Below are positions 1 to 14,000 of a DNA stretch of 64,000 bases, piece by piece. A model generated the notes under the pieces. That model was given only the letters and a program-made list of their open reading frames with translations, was not told where the DNA came from and did not search any database. The translations under genes and the position numbers were made by a program. Positions within the stretch are counted from its first letter, which is position 1. Each line of letters opens with the position of its first letter. The stretch is taken from the NCBI RefSeq assembly GCF_964355755.1, contig NC_092678.1:15419881-15483880 (forward strand), written 5' to 3'. Origin of the DNA: Antedon mediterranea. Lineage: Eukaryota > Animalia > Echinodermata.

Positions 1-714
1 AAAGCAGAAGGTATTCCGCCTTTTGAAGCGTTTGTTTCTAACCCGACAAAATATCGTAAAGCTGCGTCTTCTATCATGGGTTATAACGACCAAATGTTTG
101 ATCTTGGGTTACCTAGGAAGAGTTTTCTTAATGAAACAATAATAAATAAGACAATAGCTAGACTTGATCAAGATATGGACCTAGTCCTCATAAACGAGTT
201 CTACGACGAATCTTTAGTGTTACTAAGTAAACTACTTTGCTGGAGTCTAGAAGATGTATTATATCTTCCAAGAAATATGAGACCAACATCTAAAAAAAGC
301 GCTATGTCTGAGGCGATTCGTGAGAAAGCTCGAAAACGGAACCATGCCGATACACTGCTATATAAATATTTTCTAAAACGATTGCATGAACGCATAGTTG
401 ACTACGGACCATCGTTTGAAGCAGATCTTGGACGATTCCGTAATATGACGTCAGAGTTGTGGCGTAAATGCGTCGACGGGCAGGTTTCCGGCGGGAAACG
501 TATGAAGTATACAATACGCAATTCTAGCAAGGAATGCCAATATCATACCGAAGGGCCAGAACAGATGAACAAACGAATTAGAAAGATGATGCTGAACGGG
601 ACAATCCCCCTGAACGGGACAATCCCCCTGAACGTGACAATCCACCTTAACCGGACTATCGTTAACAAACAAAAAATGAGGAGAAGAAGAAGAAGAAAAA
701 CCCTAAAAATATAA
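1..714 (+). CDS. Galactose-3-O-sulfotransferase (GAL3ST/cerebroside sulfotransferase-like), 3' part of catalytic exon, copy 1 (5' end outside window)
   Basis: ORF contains NDQMFDLG, DLVLINEFYDESLVLL..LLCWSLEDV and N.AD..LY..F motifs typical of GAL3ST enzymes; near-identical to 57110-57790. Confidence 0.88.
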   Translation, partial: KAEGIPPFEAFVSNPTKYRKAASSIMGYNDQMFDLGLPRKSFLNETIINKTIARLDQDMDLVLINEFYDESLVLLSKLLCWSLEDVLYLPRNMRPTSKKSAMSEAIREKARKRNHADTLLYKYFLKRLHERIVDYGPSFEADLGRFRNMTSELWRKCVDGQVSGGKRMKYTIRNSSKECQYHTEGPEQMNKRIRKMMLNGTIPLNGTIPLNVTIHLNRTIVNKQKMRRRRRRKTLKI

Positions 715-1398
715 ATATTTAGGTGTTTGGTTACGAGACAATTTTAAATGGAATGTTAATACAAATTTGATTAGTATGTCAATCAATGAATTCTACCACA
801 AATAGAAATGTGTTGTAATACAATATTGTATAAAAATGTATGTGGCGGGGCATTTTTCAAAGAAAGATTTTTTTTATAATTTTTTTGGCTGAATATGCCA
901 TTTTGATGTTCCATAATAGTTATTCACTTTGACCAAAAAAAATAATGTAAGTATCTTTTGTTGTACATGTCATTTTTTTTTAAATTTTAAGGCCATCAGT
1001 AGTAATTTTAATGTACAATATACAAATGATTAATGATGAACAACATCTATGATATTAAAAACACGTTTCCTAAGTGTTTACAAACTTCTTTTTATGTCCA
1101 ATTAAATACTATATATACGCCTATTGCAATCATTTTCTTTGTCTTTAATAATACCAAATACCAGCATGTATTGCGTGCGGATTGATATTTCCGTTTTCCT
1201 TCTGCGATTAACCCACTTTTGATTGATCGTAAAGGCAAAAACAAATGGAAGAATCATACATTTTCAGTAAAAATAGCAGGTTTTCCCCAATTTGTATGAA
1301 CAGATTATGCAAATAAATGTACATTTACTGTAATACAACGAATGACCAGGTTTAATATTTTTCAAGTAATATTTACAAAATGTCAACAAATGGATAAT

Positions 1399-1771
1399 AG
1401 GGAGGTTTCGGTATTTACGAATACAATAACGAAAACGGATACGTCACACATTTGTGAAACTTTAGAGATGATCCCCATATCATATTCGTAAAGTGTATTC
1501 GTGTTGACGAATATCACCAGTCATGTCAACTACAAGACGAGTATAGTTTTTGATCTATTTTGCACAATTTACATTTGAATCAGGAATGATTCATGATTAA
1601 TCACAGCCAAGCAACACGTACATGTTCTTCGTTAAAATTTATCGCAGTATTTTGGACAGCGGCCTCAATATTTCATTACCATGCGAAACAGATTTTTACT
1701 GGCTTACGAAAACGAATACATGTGCATGTGCGTATCCGTTTTTTTTATCAAATTCGTAGCGTTGCGAAACC
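1399..1771. mobile_element. Degenerate copy of AGGGAGGTTTCG MITE family
   Basis: Homologous to 9858-10350 and 23790-24288; right TIR eroded. Confidence 0.75.
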
Positions 1772-2006
1772 AATTCAATGGTAAGATAGAAGAAAACTAT
1801 TATAATATCAAAATATTTAAGCTTTTTCCTCCAACTCATTGAGAGGTTTCAAAACGTGGGTAAAAGAATTACACTCTACTGACAGTGGTTTAAAAATGTA
1901 AATGAAACAGTTTTCCTACAGAGTAAACTAATGAATCAGTATAGGACTACATTCTTATTGATAAATATCTTTGATTTACGGCCCAATTTTTTTAGTTTTC
2001 TTCACT

Positions 2007-2063
2007 TCACTTCTTTGCTTGAGCTTGCGCTGCTTTCTTAGCTTTTATCAATTCCACAATTTC
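2007..2063 (-). CDS. DNAJC2: DNAJC2 terminal coding exon
   Basis: [18 protein letters not shown] then TGA; attag acceptor. Confidence 0.92.
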   Translation of the reverse strand, partial: EIVELIKAKKAAQAQAKK

Positions 2064-5000
2064 CTAATATAAATAGAAAAAAAAGATAAAAAAATATTAA
2101 AATTATTTTGTTTTTTTTATTATTTTCTATTCTCTCGGAAAGTTTGTTTCCGACGAAAAAACGTCATAAATAAACAAAGCATTGTCTCACTATTTCTAGA
2201 TATAAGTACAGTATGTGGATTCATATTGTAAGGTGATGTTAGATCTGTATGAAGCACTTTTTACTAATATATTTTTTAAACTTCAACATACTACTATACA
2301 AGATTTATTCTAAAATCACCTTGTAACACTCACACTACTTCTATGTTAGCCTTGACGGTCAAAAATGTGTTTCATACAAATTGTATAGAATAAATTAGGT
2401 TGATAGACTTTTAAAGATGGAAGAGAATGTCGGCCCAAACTATTGTTTAAAAATACTTTTAGATATAATATCAGAAAACCTTAATGATTTACACTCAAAA
2501 TATTGATTTGTGTGAATATATTAGATGAATGTATTATTACTGATGTTATGATTTTGAAAATGACAAAAACACAGAATGGGCAGCTCATATAAAAGCACCA
2601 ATAAGAGATCTATCAATTATCAATTGGAATAATAATAAATAATTAATAATAATTCAAGCTTACATGGAAATAAAAAATAAACTGTTTTTTGAAAATGACC
2701 ATGTTTGTTGTGAATTGACCGATCTCAAGAGCTACCTCATAAATATACTTTTTGTGTTGTGTAAAACTTAGATTTTCACTGTATAATTATTTGTAATGTT
2801 GATTTAGAGAAATGGGGATTTGTAGAGCTTAGATTGGGGGCGGGGGTTGTGGAAGTTGGTGGGCTGTACATAGTAGGGCACAGCTTGGTTGTCATTTTTA
2901 TTATTAATTTTATAAATGTTATTGTTAACTTTGTTGCATTGTAATGCGGTTGCTGGTAAACATTGTAGTTTAAGAGAACGCATCTTCATGTTGAAGTGTG
3001 CCGTTGTTATAAAAGTGTATGTTCAATACATTTTTATTATTATAGTAGACATTAAAACAATTTTAAAGGTATCAGCTTTGTCTGTTATTGGTTAAATTAC
3101 CAGTTATTTGTCAGGCTAACAATTTTTACGGTAAACACACATATGGAAGGAATGACAAGAGCTTAGATTTTAGATATTATATTTTATATAAGACGTAACG
3201 CAACGTAAGTGATTTGACCAATCAAATACGATGGATTATTCAAACAGTAGCTTGTCATTGGTCACCTCGATTGCGTGGTGCGTACGTCCTTGCGTTGCGT
3301 CTCTAGTGGGAACCAACCTTGAAGGGGAGGGGGAGCTTATGTTGACACCGAACTGAATGCAACTCAACTGTGTCAACATAAGTGCTCCAGGAAATTGAAT
3401 GAAACAAATATATGTCGACATAGGTGGAGTTGTGTTGATTTGTGTTCTATGGAATTAAACTAAATTTTAAATCATCCTCATTTTGATTTTTAAAAACGAG
3501 CATTCTCGGTTCCGTTCTAGTGTTGAAATGAGCACTCGCACATTGGTTCCAATCAGGTTCATTCAGTAGCTCAAAAAATGCTTTTGTGTGACTATTATAG
3601 TTCCACTCAGTTGCTGTGTCAAAGTAAGCCACGCTTAAGAGCAATTACTGTTATTTCAATAAGTCTGATTGTCTGTGTGAAATCTGTACCTACCTTGTAT
3701 CTCTTCATACATTCTTTCTTCGTTCTACTTGGCACAGCTTCAGCTATTTTATCCCATCTGTCCGCTCCATAATCTTTAGGGTAAGATTTTAATGCTTGTT
3801 CTAAACTTTTCTGCTCTTCACTAGTCCAAGCTTTTGGAAGATCAGCTTCGAAATAAACCAAAAATAATATAGGTCACATGATATTTGTTGCTGCTGAATG
3901 CTAATAGGGACTTTTAGATTTTGTACCAAGTTCTTTAACTTGAACTATTATGTACAAAGGACCAACGGCTTTGGGTGATGCAATGAAAGCAAAACATCTT
4001 GCTTGATGCAACCAGTATGGTACAGATACCTATCACATGCTAGTCCAATATTACCATTATACCATCACTCTCTGGTATATACAGCAACCACCACAATTCC
4101 CAGACGTTCCCATGCAGAATGAAACCAGGTCCAATACTTAGCTTCGGCAATCTGACGAGAACCGGTGTCGCGGTGTTTCAATGAATTATGACTGTATAAA
4201 AAAATTTATGACGTCCCACCATCTTAGTTGACCTAAGAGATCTTTTAAACACTGAAGATCTTTTCAATGTTTATTTAAGTTGCATATGTATTATGGTATT
4301 GGTCATGAACTGATTTATATATTAACATTAAGCTCTGTCTGCACTATCAAACTTTATGTGACAAAAACAATGTGATGACATATATTGACATGATGATGTC
4401 ATATCCATATACCATATTTGGGCATATCATATTTGATTGTGTAGACAGAGCTAATAGTTAAAATTTAAAGTTATAATACTCACCATCAGAACGTTCAGAG
4501 GGATTTGAAATGTCTGCCTTTTTAGTCTTCTGCACTGACTGCTCAAACTTCTCAAACGCATTCTTGTTAGCCATTTGTTTCATATCTAACAAATTTGGGG
4601 AAAAAATTAAACTCTAATGTAACATTATATACTGTGAAAATCAACATATACAATTCATTTCAGTCCTTGACTGTCGTTTTGTAATATATTTTATATACCG
4701 AATAAATAAATAAATAATTCGGAACAAAAACTGGCCTCTTATCTTATTTTTGTACAATTTTGTGGAAAATTCGCATTATGCAAACCTGGTTACAACTTGA
4801 TACATTTTGCAGATGTGAAAAGAGTATAAGTTACCAACCAATTTTAAAAATCAATAAATCAATTAATTGATCATTAAATCAAACAAATAATTAATAAATC
4901 AATCAATAATCTAATTAATCCATACACCATATTAATCTAGGAACAGTTAATAATTCAATAAAATTGTAATATGATCAATTAATCAATGCACTCAATAGTA

Positions 5001-8000
5001 AATTATCAATACAAAACAGCCAATCAAAATCAGCCAGCTATCAAGTCAAACGATCAACCAAACGTACACAATAATATTACCCATAATGCAATACATCATA
5101 AAAACTATGCATAGTGAGTGGCCGAGCGGTTAAGACAGTGGAACCGTAATATGTAGCCGTAACATCAGCAAGGGTTCGAGGCTCAGTCGATCTATGGTTC
5201 TGGTGGTAGAATGAGTCTTACAAGGACTGTTGGTCCAGTGTACACATTTAGCTAATGTGAACCTAGTACATCCTTCGAGATGAGTAGGGGGGGGGGGGGG
5301 TTACCCCGGTGTGGTGTACTAGTACATCACAGCCATAGCTGGGCCATTTGGGAGACCAGTTTTTGACTGAAGAGGTCGCCCAGTATAAATAATAAAAAAA
5401 ATGTAAGTTACAACAATACACTTACCAACTTTCTGTAAATTTTTCGCTTTCTTCAAAACATCTTTAGCAACTCTTGTGACGCCAGAGGTGGAATGTTGAT
5501 TGATGAAACTGGCTATCACCTCCCACCTACAGGTAATAACAATGTGTAAATAATAGGGAGAACAAGAACACAGGAATGAGTGATATTTTGCCAAACCTGA
5601 CAAAAAATAAATGTACTCAATGCTTAATTTGTAAATTGTGAGATTATGGTTAACTATATTTCACAGTTGTCCTTGTTTTATTTTATTTTCACAAAACCAA
5701 CAGCTATCACAAAACTAAACAATTAAATGATGGGAAGCCATGTTTTCAAAACCAAGTCCTCGAGGAACTGAATTCCTTTTATATCAAGTATACTTCAAGT
5801 TCAGGTTCAGGTTCAGATTTATTCACATAATGCAAACACATACAAAAATATAGATACAAATGGTTGGAAATTAATTTACGTAAGGGCAAAATTCGGTAAA
5901 TCGCGCGTTATTTCTAGAATGTTTACTCGATGGTATATAAAGTTGGTTCGTACTTTCGGTACTGATTTTAACCGCCTGATGTAACCCTGTTTAGTAATTA
6001 AATTGAGTTCGATAATTAGTTATTGACGATTAAAACGAATTTAGGTTCAACGATTTGCCCCAAATAGGGGTGTTTTTCGATCGTGGTATACACTGTCTAA
6101 TGGATGTCCGTCTTGAAAAAATACCCGCAGACGATAATACGAGGATGCTTCGCATTTTCCTATCTCCTCCTACGATAATTGTTTTTAATGGCTGAAAACC
6201 GGTTGAACAGCTCGAGTACAGCATCATAATGTTGAAGACAGGCCGATTTTCTTTAAAAAATACTATTTTGATAGATTTAATATACGTTTATACAAATGTA
6301 TTGATTTGCGATGAATGGAACATTCCAATCTCTGTTCCACAAGTGTCTATTCCCTCAGGCGTCGTAAAGGCAAGTACTGTATACTCATAACAGAAATTCG
6401 ATCCATTTTTTTTTCAACCAACCCAACCATTTCAATCTGTGCTGCAGAGGTTGGATATACATTTTTTTTAAACAGATAATGAGCTAGCGTTTTCACTCGC
6501 CGTATACTATGTACACATCTTTATTATTGCAGTTAAACCACCCACATCACCACCCTTCCCTCACTGGCATGAGTAGCGTTGTAAAACCAGTAAACGCAGA
6601 ACAACTTCGGAGGGTAGGGTAGGAACCAACTTAAGTATGAATTGGCTCTAAAAACAATTGAAAACCATTATGCCTACTAATTAAGTTGAGTTAGATAATT
6701 TAAAATGTATTGACCATTAAATCGAATTTATGATTTTGCCCGAATAGAGGTGGTGTTCACAAATTGTTTTAAATTATATAAACATATACACGTCGTAGTG
6801 ATGTATCGTTACATGTACTATACTATTTCAATCGACGGTGATAGTTTCAACAAAGTATTAAATCGCAATGTTTTACTGTATAGGCCTATAGTGGTATATT
6901 ATTTGTAAAACATGAAAACAATTAATATTTCGTTACTAAATGGATAAAGAATATATTTAAAAATTGTTCTTCTTTGCACCCATCCTCTTCCCCATCCCTC
7001 AACCCTAATGTTACATACAAAACACAAATTAAGTTTGTTTAAATTTGACTTAAACAATTTGTCTCATTTTGTGACAAGTTTCTCTTTCGGAAGTAATTCC
7101 CAGGGTGCTAATTTTAGTTGAGTACATAAATCACAGTGTCTATTTATTCGTTCCTGTAAACGACATGTATTATTGTCCTGCGATACGTACATTTGAAATC
7201 GCCAGTTCTTTAACGCTGAAATTATTATGTATTCGAGAACCATCTGTGGGCACGACCTAGATGGTACGCGAGCGAAGCGAGCGTACCATCTAGTTAAGTA
7301 AAGTAATAGTTACATTATGCCTGAAGAATACTATTTAAACTCCAAGGGGCTTTAAGCCTGGATAAAGTAGAGTTACAAATAATAATAATAAGCATAAGGT
7401 GACAGACAGGGACGGACATGTACGACGATACAAACACGACAAGGACGACAGGAAGGACAAACAGTATTTATATGATTCGCTTAATTAAATTTAATTTTAG
7501 TATTAATATGATCGAAATAATTAATTTACTTTATATTTTGATATTAGATAAGATTTGTAGTTTATTTTTAGAGTATTATTTTGTTTTGCTATTAGTTATT
7601 GACGGATTAAGAGAGTTCCAGAGTAGGGGACCGGTATGTAGTATAGAGTTAAGTATTTGCTTACTGTTATAGTTTTTAGAAATGTAGTTGTTTGCGTTCC
7701 TAGTGTTATATGTGTGTAGTTCGTTATTTTTAGTGAAGAAACCGTTGAAAGCGGTTGGAAGTTTGTTATTTGAGTACCTATACATGAACTTAAATTGTTT
7801 ATTATAAAATAAAAACCTTTGCAACAACATTGATAATAATCTCATTTGTTTTTCAACATTGTTGAGCAGAATGAGAAAATTGAGAAAAAAGTGTTACAAG
7901 AATCTAATTCCTTATTATATTTAGTTACAAAGGTTCAAAGAATTTTTTATAACATATAAGAAACAGGAATTTTAAACAGCTAAGCTTTGATATTAATTTG

Positions 8001-11000
8001 GCAATCAAGTAATCTGAAGCCTACCTGGACACCGTACCAGCTGGAAACAGGTTGTTAGCCTTGATAAGAAGCTGTAAGTCTTCATTGTTCCAAGGAGATG
8101 AGTCACTTCCTCCTCCTGTTGCTCCTTTGCCTGCAGATAGTTCTTGCTGTCGTTTAAGCTCCTTTTCTCTCTCTTGTCCAATCTGTTCAGTTACCTCTTT
8201 CAGCTGTAATGAGATAGTTTATAAGTACGTTTTTTTTAATTTTATTATTACAATTCAGCACACACAAAAAAACCCATATTATATTTTGGAAAGCCAGAGA
8301 AGTGTACTTTATGGCCCCGTTTCTGCTGCCAAAAATATACCGTATATATACGGTATATTTTATATACGGTATATTTTTTGGCAGCAGAAATGGGTCTCAT
8401 AAAAAATATACCGTATATATTTGCGGTATATATACTGCATAAATATCCCCATCGTTTGTGGATATTATACGGTATATTCCAAAATATACCGTATATTTCG
8501 TTCCCCGTTTCTGCTGCACTCAAAATATACCGTAAATGTGACCCGACTCATGACACGAGGTCAAAAACTAACAGAGCGCGACGCGTTTGTTTTGGTTTTT
8601 CTGCTGCATTGAAAGTTGAAACACACGTGTAAAAGCAAGCAACAGATCAAAATGTCACTGTGGACCAAACAAATCACTATTTTTGCAATTCAATTGTGGG
8701 GGGGAAGCGAAGGTTGGGGGGAGACTGCATGGCAACAGAAGCGATACCAAGATTTTAATTACCATAAATCGAATGTTCTTACACGACAACAACGTGATGT
8801 AAAATCATGGTAAAATACTGTATAATAGAAAATGGAAATGAAAACGGCAATATAGGATAATATAGCATAATATAAACTCAATTTGAATAACAGAGTTTAT
8901 TTATAGTGACATTTCTAGATTGTGCTTGTATGTGCGGTGTAAATTCGTTGCTACTTCTGCTCATTAGATTTAAAATAGAAAGCAATGCTACGACGTTTTG
9001 AGAAACCATCATTGTTTTGTTTTTGTCAGCATGTACCGGTAGGTAAAAACCTCACTACACGAGGTCAATCCATACTTCCGTCTCACGAAATGCATTTTGG
9101 GTAATGAAAGCCAACATTTTTACAACCCACCCACGAAGTATGTGCAGCGCAAACGGTGCACGAATTTCATATACGGTATATATACGGTATATTTATACGG
9201 TATATTTTGGGTTGGCAGCAGAAACGGGCCCTATAAAGAACAAACTAACTTTCATGAAAAAAATGCTATTTAATTTTTAAACTATTACTACTATGATTAT
9301 CTGTGTATTATGTGCATGTGGCGGGCGTTTATTTCTTAGTTTCAGTATTCTTCATTTAAATTAAACACCACCTTATTGTATTTCTATAAAGTTCTGCGGT
9401 GCTGACGTCATGATGGTAGGTGGCGCTGCATGGTTGCTAGCCAACCAAAATATGCGTTCAACCTGCCTGAGTGACTCCTAGTTCACCAATGGTTTAGAAT
9501 AAGTTTATTGAAGCAGTCATTTTAAAATTTCATAATTTTCAATAATTATTAATAACAACTAAAATTTCAAAAGATCACTAAATATTTGTTTTTAATAATC
9601 TATATATTCTTCAAGTACAGTTTAAGTAAAAGATACATAATTTGATAGAAACACAAATCTATAGTGTTTACCATCAACATATAGCATTGAACGCATTTTT
9701 GGTTGTGCTAGCAACCACGCAGCGGCATCTAGCAATGTGACGTCACCGCAGAACTCTATACAAACCTGTGTTTCAAACACTGTCTTTGATGAGTCCTCTG
9801 ATGTCATTCCTGCATTCAGTTTCTGCAAACTAATGCAAATGTAAAACATTTGTTAATAGGGAGGTTTCGCAATCTTACGAATACGATAACAAAAACGGAT
9901 ACGTATTCGTTTTTCGTAAGCCAGTAAAAATCTGTTTCGCATGGCAACAAAATATTGAGGGCGCCGTCCAAAATATGACTGCGGTAAATTTGAGCGAAGC
10001 GCAGGTACGTGTTGCTTGGTGTTCTGCTGCCTAGGCCTAGCGCAACATCAAAGCGAGTTTGACTTTAAAAACTGCTAGTTATCCAAATTGACCTGCCATT
10101 TTAGTAAATTACTTTAGTAAATTACTTTCAATAAAAGTATAATTATATTATAATCATGAATCATTCCTGATTCAAATGCAAAATGTGCAAAATAGATCAA
10201 AAACTATACTCGTTTTGTAGTTACAAATATGACTGGTGATATTCGTCAACACGAATACGCTTTACGAATATGAAATGGTGATCAGCTCCAAAAGTTTCAC
10301 AAATGTGTGACGTATCCGTTTTCGTTATCGTAAGGTTGCGAAACCTCCCTATTAACATACATCAAGTAAAGTAATATAATGTAACTCGATATTCAGTTTA
10401 CAGAATGCATGTTACATATAATAGAACAAAAACAAATTTGGGACCCTGCAGAGGATATAATAGTAGGCATGTTAAGGTGCATATTTTAGGCAAATCCTTC
10501 AAATTGTGATAATATTTTGAAACTTTGCACAGTTATTCATTAGGGTGTCAAAAACATGAAATGGAAGGGTTGCACAAAATTTGGTCAGGGGAAAGCCGCC
10601 ATTTTAGATTTCAAAATGGCGGACCCCAAATTTTCACTTTTCAGGTATATCTCTACTAAAAAGGCACCTAGAGTTCTGATTTTAGGTGCAAATTATATGG
10701 TAGTGGGGTCACCAAACATATTGGTATAACTAACATTTTGATTGCATGGCGGCCATGTTTGATTTCAAAATGGCGGACCCCAAATTTTCACTTTTCAGTT
10801 GTATCTCTGCTAAAAAGGCACATAGAGTTCTGATTTTAGGTGCAAATTATATGGTAGTGGGGTCACCAAACATATTGGTATAACTAACATTTTGATTGCA
10901 TGGCGGCCATGTTTGATTTCAAAATGGCGGACCCCAAATTTTCACTTTTCAGGTATATCTCTGCTAAAAAGGCACCTAGAGTTCTGATTTTAGGTGCAAA

Positions 11001-14000
11001 TTATATGGTAATGGGGTCACCAAACATATTAGTATAACTAACATTGCATGGTGGCCATTTTGGATTTCAAAATGGCGGACCCCAAATTTTCACTTTTCAG
11101 GTATATCTCTGCTAAAAAGGTACACAGAGTTCTGATTTTAGGTGCAAATTATATGGTAATGGGTAACTTCTTTGATTGCATTGCCGCCGGCGGCCATTTT
11201 GAACGTACCTCAAACTGTACTGGCTTTACACTATTTGTTTATGTTTATAGTTACATGCATTTAACATATGGACACTTATTGTAGGTCACATTTTCCCTGG
11301 CAACCACACAGCTCTGTATATAGTAAATCACTCTTTCTGCATTTACAGCGTCCAAGATCACAGTCGGTGTGTCCACAGCGAATTAAAACCTTTGTGACAT
11401 CTGAGAGTGTGGAGCACTGTGGCGCAGTGGTTAGAGCATTGGACTTGCAATCAAGAGGTTGCTGGTTCAAGCCCGGTCGGTCACTACAGTGCTGAGTCCT
11501 TAAGCAAGATTCTTTATCCACATTGTTCCTCCCCACCCAGATGATAGAAATGGGTACCGGTACAGTATGTAAAAAGTACTGGGAAGGTAAATCATACTCG
11601 TTTGTGCGGGAGGAGTGGCGTACCCCCACAAACATGTACACTTAGTGGAGTCTGGCTCAAACGCTAAAGAAATGGAGATGGGCACCACGGACATTATCAT
11701 TAGCTTAGGTCTCGACACTTTACCTTACAGACAATGACATCCTATCGAAAACTGAAGTCATTCATGGCATCTTTTTCAACGTCGGGTTAAATGTAGCTTT
11801 ACCTTTTCCTTGAACAGATGAAGTTGTATCACAACCGCTAAAGGAATGAAAGAACAAGTAAGCGGCTGATGCTTGTGGTCCAAGAGAAGAAACAATCTCG
11901 TGTATTGGGATGTGCTTCCCCAGTCCAAACTCGATCCAAAGCTTGTGGATCCTAGGTATTCTGTGGAAAGCTGACAATGCAATAACAATAACATCACTGT
12001 CTACAGTCTTGACAAGAATGTGCGGAAAAATTTCAGCGGCATGTTTAACATGAACAAACATACATTCATCTGCCTCTATGTTACATGGCATCAGCAGTTG
12101 TATATTTACAGACTGGTTTGTTGCAGCTCTGTCTCCTAGAGACCCTACAAACATTCCGTGATTTGTGTCAATGACACGACTAGATTTGTTTTTCGATAGA
12201 TACTTTAATGACAGTTTAAAGTCTGGTACGCGTTCAAACCGCGTTTCTGGTGTAAGGAGGGTCGTTAAAGCCAGCGGGAGCATACACAACAATTGGACCA
12301 CATTTTTTAGATTTGATGACAACAAATCAGAGTTGCTTTCATTTATTGTAACTGAAGTAGTAGAGAACATTGGCAAAAATCACGGAATGTTTGTAGGGTC
12401 TTTGGGAGACAGAGCTGTAACAAACCAGTAAATATACAATCGCTGATGCCATGTAACATAGAAGAGGCAGATGAACGTATGTTTGTTCACGTTAAACTTG
12501 CCGCTGAAATTTTCCACGCATTGTCAAGACTGTTCACAGTGATGTTGTTGTCAGCTTTCCACAGAAAACCTGGCATCCACAAGCTTCTGATCGAGTTTGG
12601 AGTGGGGAAGCACTTGAAGTACATCCCAATACAGGAGATTGCTTCTTCTATTGGATCACAAGCATCAGCCGCTTACTTGTTCTTTCATACCATTAGCGGT
12701 TGTGATAGAACTTCATCTGTTTAAGGAAAAGGTAAAGCTACATTTAACGAGACTTTGAAAAAGATGCCATGTATGACTCCAGTTTTTGAGAGGATGTCAT
12801 TGTCTGTAGGGCATGTTAGTGAAACAGACACAGATTATCTAGAACAGTTTGTTGTAACTATGTCTACTGCAGAACATTTAATGATGCAATACGATATCTT
12901 TTTACAACAAGAGAAAGACTATTGAAAATATCCCCCAACATCTGCGGCATTAAGAGAACATGTGAAACGGAAGCCAGGAAGTGGTACGACTGTCTAGATG
13001 CATTCAGGGTTGGACAGGACCCAGCAAACTGGGGATAGAGGAAGGGCGGCAACAAATTTAGTCCAGCTTGGAGTTCATTGCTTGGAGAACTTTCAGATGT
13101 CACAAAGGTTTTAATTCGCTTTGGACACACCGACTGTGATCTTGGATGCTGTAAATGCAGAAAGAGTGATTTACGATGTACAGAGCTGTGTGGTTGCCAG
13201 GGAAAATGTGACCTACAATAAGTGTCCGTGTTAAATGCATGTAATTATGAACATAAACAAATAGTGTAAAACCAGTACGGGTTGAGCTACATTCAAAATG
13301 GCCGCCATGCAATCAATGACGTTATACTAATATGTTTGTTGACCTCAATACTATATTATACTTTGTAGGCCTACCTAAAATTATAACTGTAGGTACCGTA
13401 CTGAAACACTTTGAGTTCGCCATTTTGAAATTCAAAATGACCGCCATGCAATAAAAATGTCAGTTAAATACCAATATGTTTGGTTACCCATTACCATATA
13501 ATTGGCACCTAAAATCAGAACTCTGTACCTTTTTAGCAGAGATACCTGAAAAGTGAAAATTTGAAGTCCGCCATTTTGAAATCCAAAATGGCCACCGTGC
13601 AATCAAAATGTTAGTTATACCAATATGTTTGGTGACCCCATTAACATATAATTTGCACCTAAAATCAGAACTCTAGGGGGTGTCACGAAAGCTCAGACCC
13701 CCTAAGACCTAAGATCACGAAAGCTAAGACCCAACACCTAAGATTACAAATACTAAGATATACTACAGCTTAAAAACAATACTTGTTTATCCATACATAA
13801 TTTTAAACACAGTAGGTTTCATTTATTACCATAAATATAATTTAATACTACCGCAAAACATAGATAAACTCACATTATTTTCGCCCGTTGAGTAAATGTA
13901 TATTTTTTCTTTACAACAAACAAACTTGACGGGTTGTTTGTTGGTATATATTTACTCCATTGTGTTGCTTCAGAGGATGTTTTTCTTACGCACCTGCCTT

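Noticed and set aside
201-672. Antisense ORFs over GAL3ST and other 60-90 aa ORFs in the track
   Set aside because: Shadows of real exons or chance ORFs in low-complexity repeats
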